Assembly: GCA_963790025.1 (NCBI GenBank)
Contig: CAWBMP010000005.1
Coordinates: 512,001 to 576,000, forward strand
DNA from: Nitrospirota bacterium
Lineage (GTDB): Bacteria > Nitrospirota > Thermodesulfovibrionia > Thermodesulfovibrionales > Dissulfurispiraceae
DNA length: 64,000 nt
Direction: 5' to 3'
Part shown: piece after piece, positions 27,855 through 38,928 of the stretch
Layout of the letters: every line of letters begins with the position of its first letter
Numbering within the stretch: position 1 is the first letter of the stretch
Program-made: the position numbers and the translations under genes
The notes under the pieces: generated by a model
The model's database searches: none
Seen by the model: only the letters and a program-made list of their open reading frames with translations
What the model was told of the DNA's origin: nothing

Positions 27855-30077
27855 ATGAAGATAAACAAGGACATAAAGGCCCTTATTAAGGGAGAGTACG
27901 CAGATCCTTTCTCGATTCTGGGGGTGCACCGGTCTGAAGGCACGCTGAGTATAACGGCATTTTTACCGGAGGCAAAAGAGGCTTGGGCCATACAGGACAG
28001 GGGACCCGCAAAAGAACAGCCTATTAAAATTAAAATGACGAAAGTTCATAAAGAGGGCTTGTTCCAAGCAATTTCGGAAAATCTGTCAAGCGAATACAGG
28101 TACAAGTTCAGGACCACCAGCGGTTTGGGTGAGGTCCGGGAATTTTATGACCCTTACTCCTTTCCGCCGGTACTTACGGATTATGATCTGCACCTGATCG
28201 GCGAAGGGACGCATTACAGGAATTATGAAAAGCTCGGCGCTCATATACGGGAAATCGACGGCATAAGCGGGGTCCATTATGCAGTCTGGGCGCCTAATGC
28301 CCAGCGGGTAAGTGTTATCGGCGACTTCAACAGGTGGGACGGCAGGCGGCATCCCATGCGTTTCCTGGGCAATTCAGGTATATGGGAACTTTTTATCCCC
28401 GGACTTGGCGAGGGGACATTGTATAAATTCGATATTTTGTCTCTTTATAATAAATACAGGGAACAAAAGACCGATCCGTTTGCATTCTTTTTTGAGACGA
28501 GGCCGAAAACCGCTGCGATTGTTTATGATATTGAGAACAAGCACGAATGGAATGATGCGGAGTGGCTTTCTTCGCGCAGTCAGAGGAACTGGTTTGAATC
28601 CCCGGTTGCAATCTACGAAGTACATCCGGGCTCGTGGATGCGAATTGCAGGGGAAGATTCCCGCTTCGCCACATACGGGGAGTTGGCCGATACATTGATA
28701 CCGCATGTCAAAGAACTTGGATATACGCATATAGAATTCCTGCCGGTCGCAGAGCACCCGCTCGATGCATCATGGGGGTATCAGACGATTGGCTATTATG
28801 CGCCGACAAGCAGGTTCGGCAAACCCGATGGCTTTATGTATTTTGTCGACTGTTGCCATCAAAACGGAATAGGCGTTATTGTTGACTGGGTCCCCGCCCA
28901 TTTTCCCAAGGACGCGCACGGGATGGCTTTTTTTGACGGCACATGTCTATATGAGCACGCAGACCCCCGGAAAGGAGAGCATAAGGAATGGGGGACCCTG
29001 GTGTTCAATTACGGACGCAATGAGGTAAAGAATTATCTCATTTCCAACGCGCTTTTTTGGCTTGACAAGTATCATATCGATGGCCTGAGGGTGGATGCGG
29101 TGGCCTCGATGCTCTATCTCGATTATTCCAGGCAGCAGGGCGAATGGCTTCCGAATATGTTTGGCGGTAATGAGAACCTCGAGGCAATAGATTTCCTGAA
29201 AACGTTTAATGAGGTGGTGCACCATTATCATCCAGGCGTTCTTACAATTGCAGAAGAGTCAACAGCCTGGTCCGGTGTCTCAAAGCCGACTTACCTCGGT
29301 GGCCTGGGTTTCAGCATGAAGTGGAACATGGGCTGGATGCATGACACACTGGAGTATTTCTCCCATGAAGCAATCCATAGAAAGTACCATATGAACAATC
29401 TTACTTTCGGCATGGTTTATGCCTTTTCCGAGAATTTCATTCTTCCTTTTTCCCACGATGAGGTGGTGTACGGCAAGCGGTCCATGCTCAATAAGATGCC
29501 CGGAGATATGTGGCAGAAATTTGCTAACCTGAGGGCGCTGTATGGCTTCATGTACGGACATCCCGGCAAGAAGCTTCTTATGATGGGGTCGGAGTTCGGC
29601 CAGTGGGATGAATGGGATTTCAATAAGGGCCTCGACTGGCAGCTGCTGCAGTATGAGCCGCATCAGAAATTACAGAAGTATGTTGCCGACCTTAACGCCC
29701 TTTACAGAAGTGAACCTGCACTATACGAGGTATGTTTCGATTGGCATGGCTTTGAATGGATTGATTTCAGCGATGCCGATAACAGCATTGTTGCTTTTAT
29801 CAGAAAGGCGAAGGACCCGGATGATTTTCTTGTTTTTGTATTCAATCTTACGCCGGTGCCCCGCTTCGGATACCGCATAGGGGTCCCGGCCGATGGTTAT
29901 TACCGGGAGATACACAATAGCGACTCGTCCTTATACTGGGGCGGAAACCTCGGAAACAGCGGGGGAGTAAACGCAGATAAAATAGTTTCTCACGGGCGCT
30001 ATCCCTTCTCTCTCAGCCTTATCCTGCCGCCGTTGTCAGTGCTGGTGTTGAAGCCGGTAAAGCAGGTAAATAGGTAA
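27855..30077 (+). CDS. glgB: 1,4-alpha-glucan branching enzyme
   Basis: WAPNA, DWVPAHF, DGLRVDAVASM, AEES, SHDEVV. Confidence 0.97.
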   Translation: MKINKDIKALIKGEYADPFSILGVHRSEGTLSITAFLPEAKEAWAIQDRGPAKEQPIKIKMTKVHKEGLFQAISENLSSEYRYKFRTTSGLGEVREFYDPYSFPPVLTDYDLHLIGEGTHYRNYEKLGAHIREIDGISGVHYAVWAPNAQRVSVIGDFNRWDGRRHPMRFLGNSGIWELFIPGLGEGTLYKFDILSLYNKYREQKTDPFAFFFETRPKTAAIVYDIENKHEWNDAEWLSSRSQRNWFESPVAIYEVHPGSWMRIAGEDSRFATYGELADTLIPHVKELGYTHIEFLPVAEHPLDASWGYQTIGYYAPTSRFGKPDGFMYFVDCCHQNGIGVIVDWVPAHFPKDAHGMAFFDGTCLYEHADPRKGEHKEWGTLVFNYGRNEVKNYLISNALFWLDKYHIDGLRVDAVASMLYLDYSRQQGEWLPNMFGGNENLEAIDFLKTFNEVVHHYHPGVLTIAEESTAWSGVSKPTYLGGLGFSMKWNMGWMHDTLEYFSHEAIHRKYHMNNLTFGMVYAFSENFILPFSHDEVVYGKRSMLNKMPGDMWQKFANLRALYGFMYGHPGKKLLMMGSEFGQWDEWDFNKGLDWQLLQYEPHQKLQKYVADLNALYRSEPALYEVCFDWHGFEWIDFSDADNSIVAFIRKAKDPDDFLVFVFNLTPVPRFGYRIGVPADGYYREIHNSDSSLYWGGNLGNSGGVNADKIVSHGRYPFSLSLILPPLSVLVLKPVKQVNR

Positions 30078-30133
30078 AGGTGAAGGTAAAGCGGGCCTTT
30101 TCTTTACCTTTACCTTTGCCTATACCTGCTTTT

Positions 30134-30610
30134 TTACATTTTGCCCATTTTAACAAGGCTTTCGCGGAACACCTTATAAAAAGTGTCATTGTCGCTAATA
30201 GATTTTTTGAGGACTGTTTTTAGGTCCGGAATGTCATTATCATTCACAACAATGTTTGCGCTTTTTGCAAATGCCGTCATATTGTCACCCGTTTTGAAAT
30301 CTTTTCCTGTCAGGACAATAAAGATGTGTCGCCGCGTCGACATCGGCATTGCCTGCAGGAATTTATATACGAAATTGCTTTCCGGAGCGCTCCCGCCGAA
30401 CCGCTCATTTAGAATGATTAAAGCGTACTGGTTTAACTTCAACTTCTCAAAGGTATCTTCCACGCCCGCTGTAAACTCGACGCTGTATTTAAGCCGTTGC
30501 AGCTCAGCGCTTATGGCCTTTTTCAGTTCGGCGCTATCCTCGCATACCAGTGCGCTCCGTAATTCCTCTTCGTATTCCTCAGTATCCGAGGTATGTACTC
30601 CCATGCGCAT
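30134..30610 (-). CDS. hypothetical receiver-like protein downstream of pilT/pilU
   Basis: GGAGGA RBS; degenerate REC-like fold. Confidence 0.65.
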   Translation of the reverse strand: MRMGVHTSDTEEYEEELRSALVCEDSAELKKAISAELQRLKYSVEFTAGVEDTFEKLKLNQYALIILNERFGGSAPESNFVYKFLQAMPMSTRRHIFIVLTGKDFKTGDNMTAFAKSANIVVNDNDIPDLKTVLKKSISDNDTFYKVFRESLVKMGKM

Positions 30611-30621
30611 TCCTCCACGCG

Positions 30622-31800
30622 TTAAGGTGTCTTAAGACGTTTATCGTAATCCTTATCCAGTTTCAGTTCCTCGATATCGGTGGTTTTTTCACCTTTGGCA
30701 CTCTTGATCATATCGACGCCTCTGCCCACAATGGCTTTTCTCGAAGCATACGCCATAGCTGTTTCTTCGGTTATCTGTCCTTCCCGGTAGAGCCTGATGA
30801 TGGCTTTGTCAAAGGTCTGCATGCCGTATGCGTCACCAGCCTCGATGATCTCATAAAATGTTCTACCCTCGGATTCGCCGTTTACTATAGATTCTTTGAC
30901 TCTTATATTGGTTTTCATGATTTCGACGGCCACTATTCTGCTGCCGCCTATTTTGGGCAACAGTCTCTGACTGGCCACCCATCGTATGGTATCGGCAAGG
31001 CGGTTTCGTATCTGCTTCTCCTCCTCCTGTTCAAACATCCCGATGATCCGGTTGATGGTCTGACCGGCGTCTATAGTATGGAGCGTGGCGAGGACAAGGT
31101 GGCCCGTTTCAGCAGCCGAAAGCCCTATCTCAACCGTTTCCCTGTCCCTCATTTCACCCACAAGTATGACCTTGGGGGCCTGGCGGAGTGCAGCTCTCAA
31201 CCCGTTGGCAAAAGTGTCGAAGTCCACGCCCATCTCCCTTTGGTTAAAGGTCGCCTTAATGTGCGGATGAGAAAATTCAACAGGGTCTTCAAGCGTTATT
31301 ACATGCACCGCCTCAGTCTCATTGATGAGTCTCAGTACCGCGGCCAGTGTTGTTGATTTGCCGGTCCCCGTTGCGCCGGTCACCAGAACCAGGCCGTTTT
31401 TCTCCGCCGCAATTTGCGCCAGGACTTCAGGCACTTTAAGTTCGCCAAGAGTGGGGATTGAGGTAGAAAGCTTTCTTAGAACTATGGAATATGAACCGCG
31501 CTGGGAGAATATGTTTACTCTGAACCGCGCTTTCCCGGGCACCGAATAAGAGAGATCGCACGATCCCTCGCGGACCAGCGTTTCAGTGAGGCGGCGGTCC
31601 GAGTTGATGAGATTCAGTGCGAGGACTTCAGTCTGAAAGGGAGTCAGATTGTCGAGTGATACCCCTGAAAAGGCGACAGCTGCCATCCGTCCAGCCGACT
31701 CAACCTGGGGCGGCTTTCCCACCGTAAAGTTGAGGTCGGATGCATGGGGGTGGCTGTCCAGCATAGTATTTAGAATGTAATCAAGCCCTGCTCTTCTCAT
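30622..31800 (-). CDS. PilT/PilU family type IV pilus retraction ATPase
   Basis: GATGTGKST, EDPVE, GEMRD, TLHT, GMQTF. Confidence 0.93.
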   Translation of the reverse strand: MRRAGLDYILNTMLDSHPHASDLNFTVGKPPQVESAGRMAAVAFSGVSLDNLTPFQTEVLALNLINSDRRLTETLVREGSCDLSYSVPGKARFRVNIFSQRGSYSIVLRKLSTSIPTLGELKVPEVLAQIAAEKNGLVLVTGATGTGKSTTLAAVLRLINETEAVHVITLEDPVEFSHPHIKATFNQREMGVDFDTFANGLRAALRQAPKVILVGEMRDRETVEIGLSAAETGHLVLATLHTIDAGQTINRIIGMFEQEEEKQIRNRLADTIRWVASQRLLPKIGGSRIVAVEIMKTNIRVKESIVNGESEGRTFYEIIEAGDAYGMQTFDKAIIRLYREGQITEETAMAYASRKAIVGRGVDMIKSAKGEKTTDIEELKLDKDYDKRLKTP

Positions 31801-31935
31801 AGTAAAAACCAGGTATAGGCAAAGGTTAAGGTTAAGAAAGTCAAAACATAGTTTAAATAGGTATAACGATGCATAACCATATGTTTTCTCCGTCTCATTT
31901 TTTTTCTTAACCTATACCTTACCCTTTACCTGTTT

Positions 31936-33009
31936 TTAGAAATCCGGGGGCGGTTGCTTCAGGAACTGCACGAATTTTTGTTTGTCTATAGACTTGTCGT
32001 AAGCATCTTCAGGGCTTATCCATTTTTTCACCAGTAGTTCCATTATTGCATCGTCAAGGGTCTGCATGCCGTATTTCCTGCCGGTCTGCATTGAGGAGGG
32101 AAGCTGATGGGTCTTGGACTCCCTTATAAGGTTGGATACCGCATATGTTACAACCAGTATTTCCAGAGCAGCGCACCGGCCTTTTTTATCAATCCGCCTG
32201 AACAGGTTTTGCGCTACTACTCCTTTTAGTGACTCCGAGAGCGTTGTGCGGATTTGGGCCTGCTGGTTTGCGGGAAAGACATCAACGACCCTGTCCACGG
32301 TCTTCGGCGCGCTCGTCGTGTGCAAGGTGCCGAAGACAAGATGACCGGTTGATGCCGCTTCGAGGGCCAGCTGAATGGTTTCAAGGTCTCTCATTTCACC
32401 GACCAGGATAATGTCAGGGTCTTCGCGCAACGCACCCCTGAGAGCGGCGGCAAAAGATTTTGTATGGGTACCGATTTCGCGGTGGTTTACAACGCACCCT
32501 TGGCTCTTGTGGACAAATTCGATGGGGTCTTCAACCGTTATAATGTGGTCTTTCCTCATCTTGTTGGCGTAGTCTATGATTGCAGCCAGCGTTGTGGATT
32601 TTCCGCTTCCCGTAGGGCCTGTAACCAGTACCAGGCCTTTCTGCAGCAACGCAAACTTCTTGCAAACCGGCGGAAGCCCGAGCTGTTCAATGGTCAGTAT
32701 GTCACTGGGGATTTCCCTAAATACGGCTGCAACACCGTATTTTTGACGGAAAAAATTGGCACGGTAGCGCGCCAGTGCGGGTATTTCATAGCCGAAGTCG
32801 ACATCACCCGTCTCTTCAAATACCTTAACCTTCTCTTCCGGGGCGATCTCATAGAGCATGCCCTTAAGTTCGTCATTTTCCAGGACGTTATACTGCACTC
32901 TCTCCATTTCCCCCCTGATCCGAAGTATAGGTTGGGACCCGGAGATGAGGTGCAGGTCAGAGGCGCCCTGTTCGTGCATGAGTTTGAAAAAAGCATCAAT
33001 TTTTGCCAC
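31936..33009 (-). CDS. pilT: twitching motility ATPase PilT
   Basis: GPTGSGKST, ALREDPD, GEMRD, GTLHT, GMQTLD. Confidence 0.95.
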   Translation of the reverse strand: MAKIDAFFKLMHEQGASDLHLISGSQPILRIRGEMERVQYNVLENDELKGMLYEIAPEEKVKVFEETGDVDFGYEIPALARYRANFFRQKYGVAAVFREIPSDILTIEQLGLPPVCKKFALLQKGLVLVTGPTGSGKSTTLAAIIDYANKMRKDHIITVEDPIEFVHKSQGCVVNHREIGTHTKSFAAALRGALREDPDIILVGEMRDLETIQLALEAASTGHLVFGTLHTTSAPKTVDRVVDVFPANQQAQIRTTLSESLKGVVAQNLFRRIDKKGRCAALEILVVTYAVSNLIRESKTHQLPSSMQTGRKYGMQTLDDAIMELLVKKWISPEDAYDKSIDKQKFVQFLKQPPPDF

Positions 33010-33094
33010 TACGCAGCTCCTGCATCAACGAATTTCAACACTGAAAACCATTGTCACTTATAGCAAACTGAAGAGGGCTTTGTCAAGAAAACAC

Positions 33095-33277
33095 GAATTC
33101 GGGTAGTGGGCCAGTTTGTTTTTGCTCCGGCTCAAATAGTCTTTCGTTTCCGGACACTGGCATGTACTGAAGATTATCTGGCAGCCATTTCTCGATATGT
33201 GGGTCGGGCGTTACCTCCCCACTGTTGAGAACCCCGGTGATCCAGAGCAATAACAAACTGGCCTACTACCCGAATTC
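33095..33277. mobile_element. 183-bp MITE-like element
   Basis: 40-bp terminal inverted repeats (GAATTCGGGTAGTRGGCCAGTTTGTT...) with 4 mismatches; no ORF in the track. Confidence 0.65.
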
Positions 33278-33362
33278 TCAATCTATTTCTCCATATTGTT
33301 ATTTTCCTGTTTTGCTGGAAGTAGGTTGCACAAATCGGGTGTAGTTGTTACTATAAAAGACC

Positions 33363-36038
33363 ATGGTTAATATTCTGAAAAAGATATTTGGAACGAAGAA
33401 TGAGAGGGAGCTTAAGAGGTATTTTACGGTCGTGGATGAAATCAACGTCTTTGAGCCCTCTATGGCAGCATTGAGCGACAGTCAAATTGCTGAAAAAACA
33501 GATGAATTCAGGCGCCGGCTGGAGAGCGGACAATCACTTGACGATATTCTGAAAGAGGCCTTTGCAACTGTCAGGGAAGTATCGAAGCGCCTTTTGAATA
33601 TGAGACACTTCGATGTTCAGCTTATCGGCGGTATGGTCCTCCATGAGGGCAAGATCGCCGAAATGAAGACCGGAGAGGGAAAGACCCTTGTCGCCACGTT
33701 GCCCGTGTACTTGAATGCCCTTGAGGGCAGAGGCGTACATGTCGTAACGGTCAATGATTATCTTGCTAAAAGAGATGCCCAGTGGATGGGGACTATCTAC
33801 CATGCCCTTGGCCTCTCCGTGGGTGTCATCCAGAACGAAGGTTCTTTCCTGTTCGACACCACATACCTCTCTCATGATAAAAGACTTAACAACTTGAGGC
33901 CATCTACACGGAAAGAAGCCTATTCCGCCGATGTCACATACGGCACTAATAACGAATTCGGCTTTGATTATCTCAGGGACAATATGAAATACGACTTTGC
34001 CGACTACAGCCAGAGGGAGCTGAACTACGCAATCGTGGACGAGGTGGACAGCATTCTCATCGATGAAGCGAGGACACCCCTCATCATATCGGGACCCTCT
34101 GAGGAGTCCACCGATAAATATTATAAACTGAACCGTATTGTCCCCAGTCTCAAGACGGAAGATGATTTCAAAATTGACGAAAAGCTGAAGACCGTTATTC
34201 TTACCGAATCGGGCAACTCGAAGGTCGAAAGGATGCTTGGAGTCAGCAACCTTTATGACCCGTCGAATATTGAACTGGTCCATCACGCACTGCAGGCGCT
34301 AAGGGCCCATCACCTTTTCAAGAGAGACGTCGAGTATGTCGTGAAAGACGGCGAGGTGATTATAGTTGACGAATTTACCGGCAGGATCATGCCAGGAAGA
34401 CGGTGGAGCGACGGACTGCACCAGGCCATTGAGGCCAAGGAGGGTGTGAAGATAGCCAGCGAGAACCAGACCCTCGCGACTATTACCTTCCAGAATTTCT
34501 TCAGAATGTATAACAAACTTGCAGGCATGACCGGTACGGCTGACACGGAGGCATCGGAATTTGCCGAGATATATAATCTCGAAGTCGTGGTGATCCCTAC
34601 AAACAGGACGTTAATAAGACCCGACTTCCCTGACATGATTTACAAGACCCATAGAGCTAAATTCAATGCGGTGATACAGGAGATAGAGGAGTGCCACAAG
34701 AACGGGCAGCCGGCGCTTGTTGGTACCACATCGATAGAGAAGTCGGAGGTGCTGAGTAATCTATTAAAGAAAAAAAGTATTAAGCATTCGGTGCTCAACG
34801 CCAAACACCATGAGATGGAAGCTGAAATTGTGGCGCAGGCCGGCAGGGTTGGCGCGGTGACTATTGCCACGAACATGGCCGGCAGGGGGACCGATATCAT
34901 ACTTGGCGGCAATCCCGACGGACTTGCGCGGGAAGTCCTGAAGAACAAACCTGATTATACTGAAGAAGATTTCACCGCAGCCGTACAAAAGGCAAAGACT
35001 ATTTGCGAACAGGAGAAGCGCGACGTTATCGCCGCAGGCGGGCTGCATATAATCGGTACCGAACGTCATGAGGCGCGGCGAATCGACAACCAGCTCAGGG
35101 GCAGGTCGGGAAGGCAGGGAGATCCCGGGTCCTCTCGGTTTTACCTTTCTCTTGAGGATGATCTCATGAGAATTTTCGGTTCTGACAGGATAAGCGGGCT
35201 GATGAACCTGCTGAAAATGGAAGAAGATGTTCCCATCGAAAACAAGATGGTGACTAAGGCAATAGAGAATTCCCAGAAAAGGGTGGAGGCGCATAACTTT
35301 GATATAAGAAAGCACCTGCTTGAATATGACGATGTAATGAACAAGCAGCGCAAGGAAATCTATTCGTTCAGACTCGAGGTCTTGCAGAACAAGTCAATGA
35401 AGGACAGGATACTCGAAATGGTGGATGACGAGGTGGACTCCCTCTTGTCGGTTTTCTGCCCCGAGAACGTCAGCCCCGAAGAGTGGGACTATAAGGGACT
35501 GAAAGACTCGCTTTACGGGACTTTTTCCATAAACTTCAAGCCGGATCCGTCGCTTACGGGAAATGAACTCAGTGACAGGATCGGCACAGCGGTGAAAGAA
35601 AAGTATGAAAGCAAGGAAAAGGAGGCCGGTCCCGAACTCATGCGCTATATGGAGAAGATGATTCTCCTGCAGGTGATCGACACCCAGTGGAAAGACCACC
35701 TGCTCGGTATAGACCACATCAAAGAGGGTATAGGGCTGCGTGGGTATGCTCAAAAAGACCCTCTCGTGGAATACAAGAAAGAGGCCTTTGATCTATTCGC
35801 CGATATGTCGCAGCGCATAAGCAGCGAAGTTCTCATGCGGCTTTTCAGAATGCAGGTGAAACACGAGGGCGAAGCAGAGATAAAAGAGCAGCCCCGGCCG
35901 GAGCAGCTTGTGTATAACCGCGGAGACGGGGAGGGTGCACGTCAGCCGGTGCATAAGGATAAAAAGGTCGGAAGAAACGATCCATGCCCTTGTGGGAGCG
36001 GCAAGAAATACAAGAAATGCTGCGGCGCCCCAAAATAA
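33363..36038 (+). CDS. secA: preprotein translocase ATPase SecA
   Basis: [52 protein letters not shown]. Confidence 0.98.
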   Translation: MVNILKKIFGTKNERELKRYFTVVDEINVFEPSMAALSDSQIAEKTDEFRRRLESGQSLDDILKEAFATVREVSKRLLNMRHFDVQLIGGMVLHEGKIAEMKTGEGKTLVATLPVYLNALEGRGVHVVTVNDYLAKRDAQWMGTIYHALGLSVGVIQNEGSFLFDTTYLSHDKRLNNLRPSTRKEAYSADVTYGTNNEFGFDYLRDNMKYDFADYSQRELNYAIVDEVDSILIDEARTPLIISGPSEESTDKYYKLNRIVPSLKTEDDFKIDEKLKTVILTESGNSKVERMLGVSNLYDPSNIELVHHALQALRAHHLFKRDVEYVVKDGEVIIVDEFTGRIMPGRRWSDGLHQAIEAKEGVKIASENQTLATITFQNFFRMYNKLAGMTGTADTEASEFAEIYNLEVVVIPTNRTLIRPDFPDMIYKTHRAKFNAVIQEIEECHKNGQPALVGTTSIEKSEVLSNLLKKKSIKHSVLNAKHHEMEAEIVAQAGRVGAVTIATNMAGRGTDIILGGNPDGLAREVLKNKPDYTEEDFTAAVQKAKTICEQEKRDVIAAGGLHIIGTERHEARRIDNQLRGRSGRQGDPGSSRFYLSLEDDLMRIFGSDRISGLMNLLKMEEDVPIENKMVTKAIENSQKRVEAHNFDIRKHLLEYDDVMNKQRKEIYSFRLEVLQNKSMKDRILEMVDDEVDSLLSVFCPENVSPEEWDYKGLKDSLYGTFSINFKPDPSLTGNELSDRIGTAVKEKYESKEKEAGPELMRYMEKMILLQVIDTQWKDHLLGIDHIKEGIGLRGYAQKDPLVEYKKEAFDLFADMSQRISSEVLMRLFRMQVKHEGEAEIKEQPRPEQLVYNRGDGEGARQPVHKDKKVGRNDPCPCGSGKKYKKCCGAPK

Positions 36039-36046
36039 AATAGCGC

Positions 36047-36158
36047 ACTGCGTTTAGCGTACTGCGTGAGCGGCAAAGATATTAAATAAAAAAACTTACG
36101 ACCAATATCCACATATTATTAATACGTCTTTTCTTTTACGCAGTACGCTAAACGCAGT
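36047..36158. repeat. intergenic inverted-repeat element with heptamer arms
   Basis: Perfect 21-bp arms ACTGCGTTTAGCGTACTGCGT around an AT-rich core shared with 41473..41611. Confidence 0.8.
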
Positions 36159-36179
36159 ACTCATTAATGAGAGGTCGGA

Positions 36180-37832
36180 ATGGCCGGAGAGAATACAAAG
36201 ATTGTATACGTCATAGGACACACGAATCCCGATACCGATTCTGTTTGTTCGGCCATAGGCTATTCGCATTTCAAGAACGTAACTGACAAACGTTTTCTTT
36301 TTACTCCTGCACGGGCCGGTGCCGTCAATGAAGAGACGCGCTTTGTGCTCGAACGATTCGGCGTTCCTGTTCCTAATGAAATAGCGAGTATGACGGCAAC
36401 AGTCAGCGACCTCGAACTGAAGCGGCCCATTACCATACATGAGCGTGAATCAGTGCGGGCTCTTGCTCTTATGATGCGGCAAGAAGGGGTGCGGTCGGTG
36501 CCGGTTGTCGATGACAGCGGACGCCTTTCGGGGGTCGTGGGACTGAAAGATATCGCCCGTCATTATATGGACAGCGTCGGGTTCAACGATATATCGCAGA
36601 CACCCATAAACCTGGATATCCTGGTAAAGACACTCGACGGACACGTGATCAGCAATGCCAATAAAACCGGTCACCTTGTCGGGAGAATCATCGTCGCTAC
36701 TATGCAAAAAGGGACGATTATAAACAAGGTGCGGCCCGGTGACGTTGTTATCATAGGAGATCAGCATGACATACAACTGGAGGTAGTGCGCTCCGGCTGC
36801 TCCGCGCTTATAGTGGTAGAAGGGATGCCCATAGGAAATGATGTTTTGGCCGTAGCGGGCGAGAAGGGCACGCTGGTGATCTCATCTCCTCATCCGGCAT
36901 TTGCGACTGTGCAGCTAATGTCCATGTCGGAGCCGGTAGCATCAATTATGTCAGCTAACAATCCAACAGTCGGGTTATACACGCCAATTGCTGATCTTAG
37001 ATCAAAGCTCCTCGAATCCGAGTACCGCTCTGCGGCTGTGGTGGACAGTGACAGCAGGCTGATAGGGTTTATTACAAGAACGGACTTGCTTGGCCCTGTC
37101 AGGAAAAAGGTCATTCTTGTGGACCATAATGAAATTTCTCAGGCTGTCGACGGTGTCGAGGAGGCCGAAATCCTGGAGATTATAGACCATCACCGTGTCG
37201 GTGATATATCCACTGTGGCGCCCATTTACGTATACAACGATCCTGTAGGGAGCACGTGCTCGGTAGTAGCTGGGGTAATGTTTCTCTACCAGGTCGACAT
37301 CCCCAAGGAAATTGCAGGTGTGCTTCTGTCCGGAGTGCTCTCGGATACCCTGCTTCTGACTCTTTCCACAACGACGGAGCGCGACCGTCTGGCCGCTGCG
37401 CGGCTTGCCGGACTTGCAGGCGTTTCGCTTGAAGAATACGGAAGAGAACTTCTTCATGCCGGCATAAATACACGGGGTAAATCGGCGGCGGCACTAATAT
37501 CAGCGGACTTCAAGGAGTTTATGATAAACGGCCGGAAACTTGGGGTCAGTCAGACCATGGTGCTTGACTGCGAGGAGATCGATCTGAGAGAGGAAGAACT
37601 TCTTGACGAACTGGAAAGGCTGAGGGTTGAAAACAACTATTATATGACTGCCCTTCTTGTAATGAACCCGCTTGTCGCGACATATGAGCGTGTGTTCGTC
37701 AGGGGCGAGGCCTGGGTGGTGGAAAAGGCATTTAGTGTGAAGGTAAGTGAAGGAACATGCAGATTGCCTCGTGTCCTTTCGAGAAAAAAGGACTTTATCC
37801 CCGCAATCGGACAGGCGCTCACAATGAGCTAG
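36180..37832 (+). CDS. ppaC: family II Mn-dependent inorganic pyrophosphatase with CBS/DRTGG insert
   Basis: GHTNPDTDS, LVDHNE, IIDHH, SDTL, SRKKD. Confidence 0.92.
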   Translation: MAGENTKIVYVIGHTNPDTDSVCSAIGYSHFKNVTDKRFLFTPARAGAVNEETRFVLERFGVPVPNEIASMTATVSDLELKRPITIHERESVRALALMMRQEGVRSVPVVDDSGRLSGVVGLKDIARHYMDSVGFNDISQTPINLDILVKTLDGHVISNANKTGHLVGRIIVATMQKGTIINKVRPGDVVIIGDQHDIQLEVVRSGCSALIVVEGMPIGNDVLAVAGEKGTLVISSPHPAFATVQLMSMSEPVASIMSANNPTVGLYTPIADLRSKLLESEYRSAAVVDSDSRLIGFITRTDLLGPVRKKVILVDHNEISQAVDGVEEAEILEIIDHHRVGDISTVAPIYVYNDPVGSTCSVVAGVMFLYQVDIPKEIAGVLLSGVLSDTLLLTLSTTTERDRLAAARLAGLAGVSLEEYGRELLHAGINTRGKSAAALISADFKEFMINGRKLGVSQTMVLDCEEIDLREEELLDELERLRVENNYYMTALLVMNPLVATYERVFVRGEAWVVEKAFSVKVSEGTCRLPRVLSRKKDFIPAIGQALTMS

Positions 37833-37922
37833 TCTGCCGCCTGCTATAGTTTCTTGCAAAAGTGACGATTATATATATATAATCTAAACGCGTTGTAAAG
37901 CAATTACCAGGGGGTGTGCTCT

Positions 37923-38888
37923 ATGGCTCAGAGTGCTGGTTCTGTACCGGACGTCCTGAAGGTTGGAACGAATGAAATGGAGCTTGTTGTCTTCAGAATG
38001 TTCAGTTCACATCCTGATGGAACTCCCGAAATTCTTGACTATGGGGTCAATGTTGCAAAGGTAAGGGAGATAATTCCTATGCCGACCTTGACGAAGGTAC
38101 CCGATATGCCTGCCTACGCAGAGGCCCTTGCACAGGTGCGCGGCGAAGTGATCCCCATTGTCGACCTCGGGAAATGGATGAAAGTGAATCCGCCCGCAAG
38201 CATGGATATAAGGCTAAAAGTGATTGTGCTCGAGATGCTCGGCACCACCGTAGGGATGATCGTTCACGAGGTAGAGCGCATACGCAGAATTAAGTGGGAC
38301 CAGATAAAGCCCCCCCCGGCGCTGCTGCAGGCAAAGCACAGCGGAAGGGTCACCGGCGTGACGAAAATAGATGATGAAAGCGACTCGCTGCTGCTCATCC
38401 TGGACCTCGAGAGCGTTATTTCGGAAATGGGCGGGCTTGTCACAAAGCAGGAGATAGCACTGGAAGAGATAGAGAGAATTGACAAGAAAAAGCTGAAGGG
38501 CACCGTGCTTATAGCAGATGACTCCTCTGTTGCCAGAAAAGTGCTCAAAGACATGCTTGAAAACGCAGGTCTTCGCATTATAGAGGCGGTTGACGGCAAG
38601 CAGGCCCTCCAGATACTCAATGACTTTCTGTCGAAGATCGGGGACCAGCCTCTTACGGACTTTGTCCAGTTGATTATCTCTGATGTGGAAATGCCCGAGA
38701 TGGACGGACTTACTTTTACCAAGAATGTAAAAAATAATCCCAAACTGCAAATAGTGCCGGTTATTGTCAATACTTCCCTGAGCGGAGAAGAGAACAAAGA
38801 AAAAGCCAAGGGGGTAGGGGCGGATGGTTACCTTGTAAAATTTGATGTCGGCAAGCTTCTGCACGAGGTATCAAGATTTTTGAAGTAG
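37923..38888 (+). CDS. cheV: chemotaxis protein CheV
   Basis: CheW domain (YGVNVAKVREI) plus REC (DDS..SDVEMPEMDG..KF). Confidence 0.93.
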   Translation: MAQSAGSVPDVLKVGTNEMELVVFRMFSSHPDGTPEILDYGVNVAKVREIIPMPTLTKVPDMPAYAEALAQVRGEVIPIVDLGKWMKVNPPASMDIRLKVIVLEMLGTTVGMIVHEVERIRRIKWDQIKPPPALLQAKHSGRVTGVTKIDDESDSLLLILDLESVISEMGGLVTKQEIALEEIERIDKKKLKGTVLIADDSSVARKVLKDMLENAGLRIIEAVDGKQALQILNDFLSKIGDQPLTDFVQLIISDVEMPEMDGLTFTKNVKNNPKLQIVPVIVNTSLSGEENKEKAKGVGADGYLVKFDVGKLLHEVSRFLK

Positions 38889-38893
38889 ACAGA

Positions 38894-38922
38894 GGACTGC
38901 GCACTAGTAAGTTGTGCAGTCC
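38894..38922. terminator. hairpin between convergent genes
   Basis: GGACTGCGCA-9 nt-TGTGCAGTCC. Confidence 0.5.
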
Positions 38923-38928
38923 CTTGAA

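Noticed and set aside
37867..37884. Palindrome GATTATATATATATAATC upstream of cheV
   Set aside because: Mostly a TA dinucleotide run, which is self-complementary by nature; no second copy seen.
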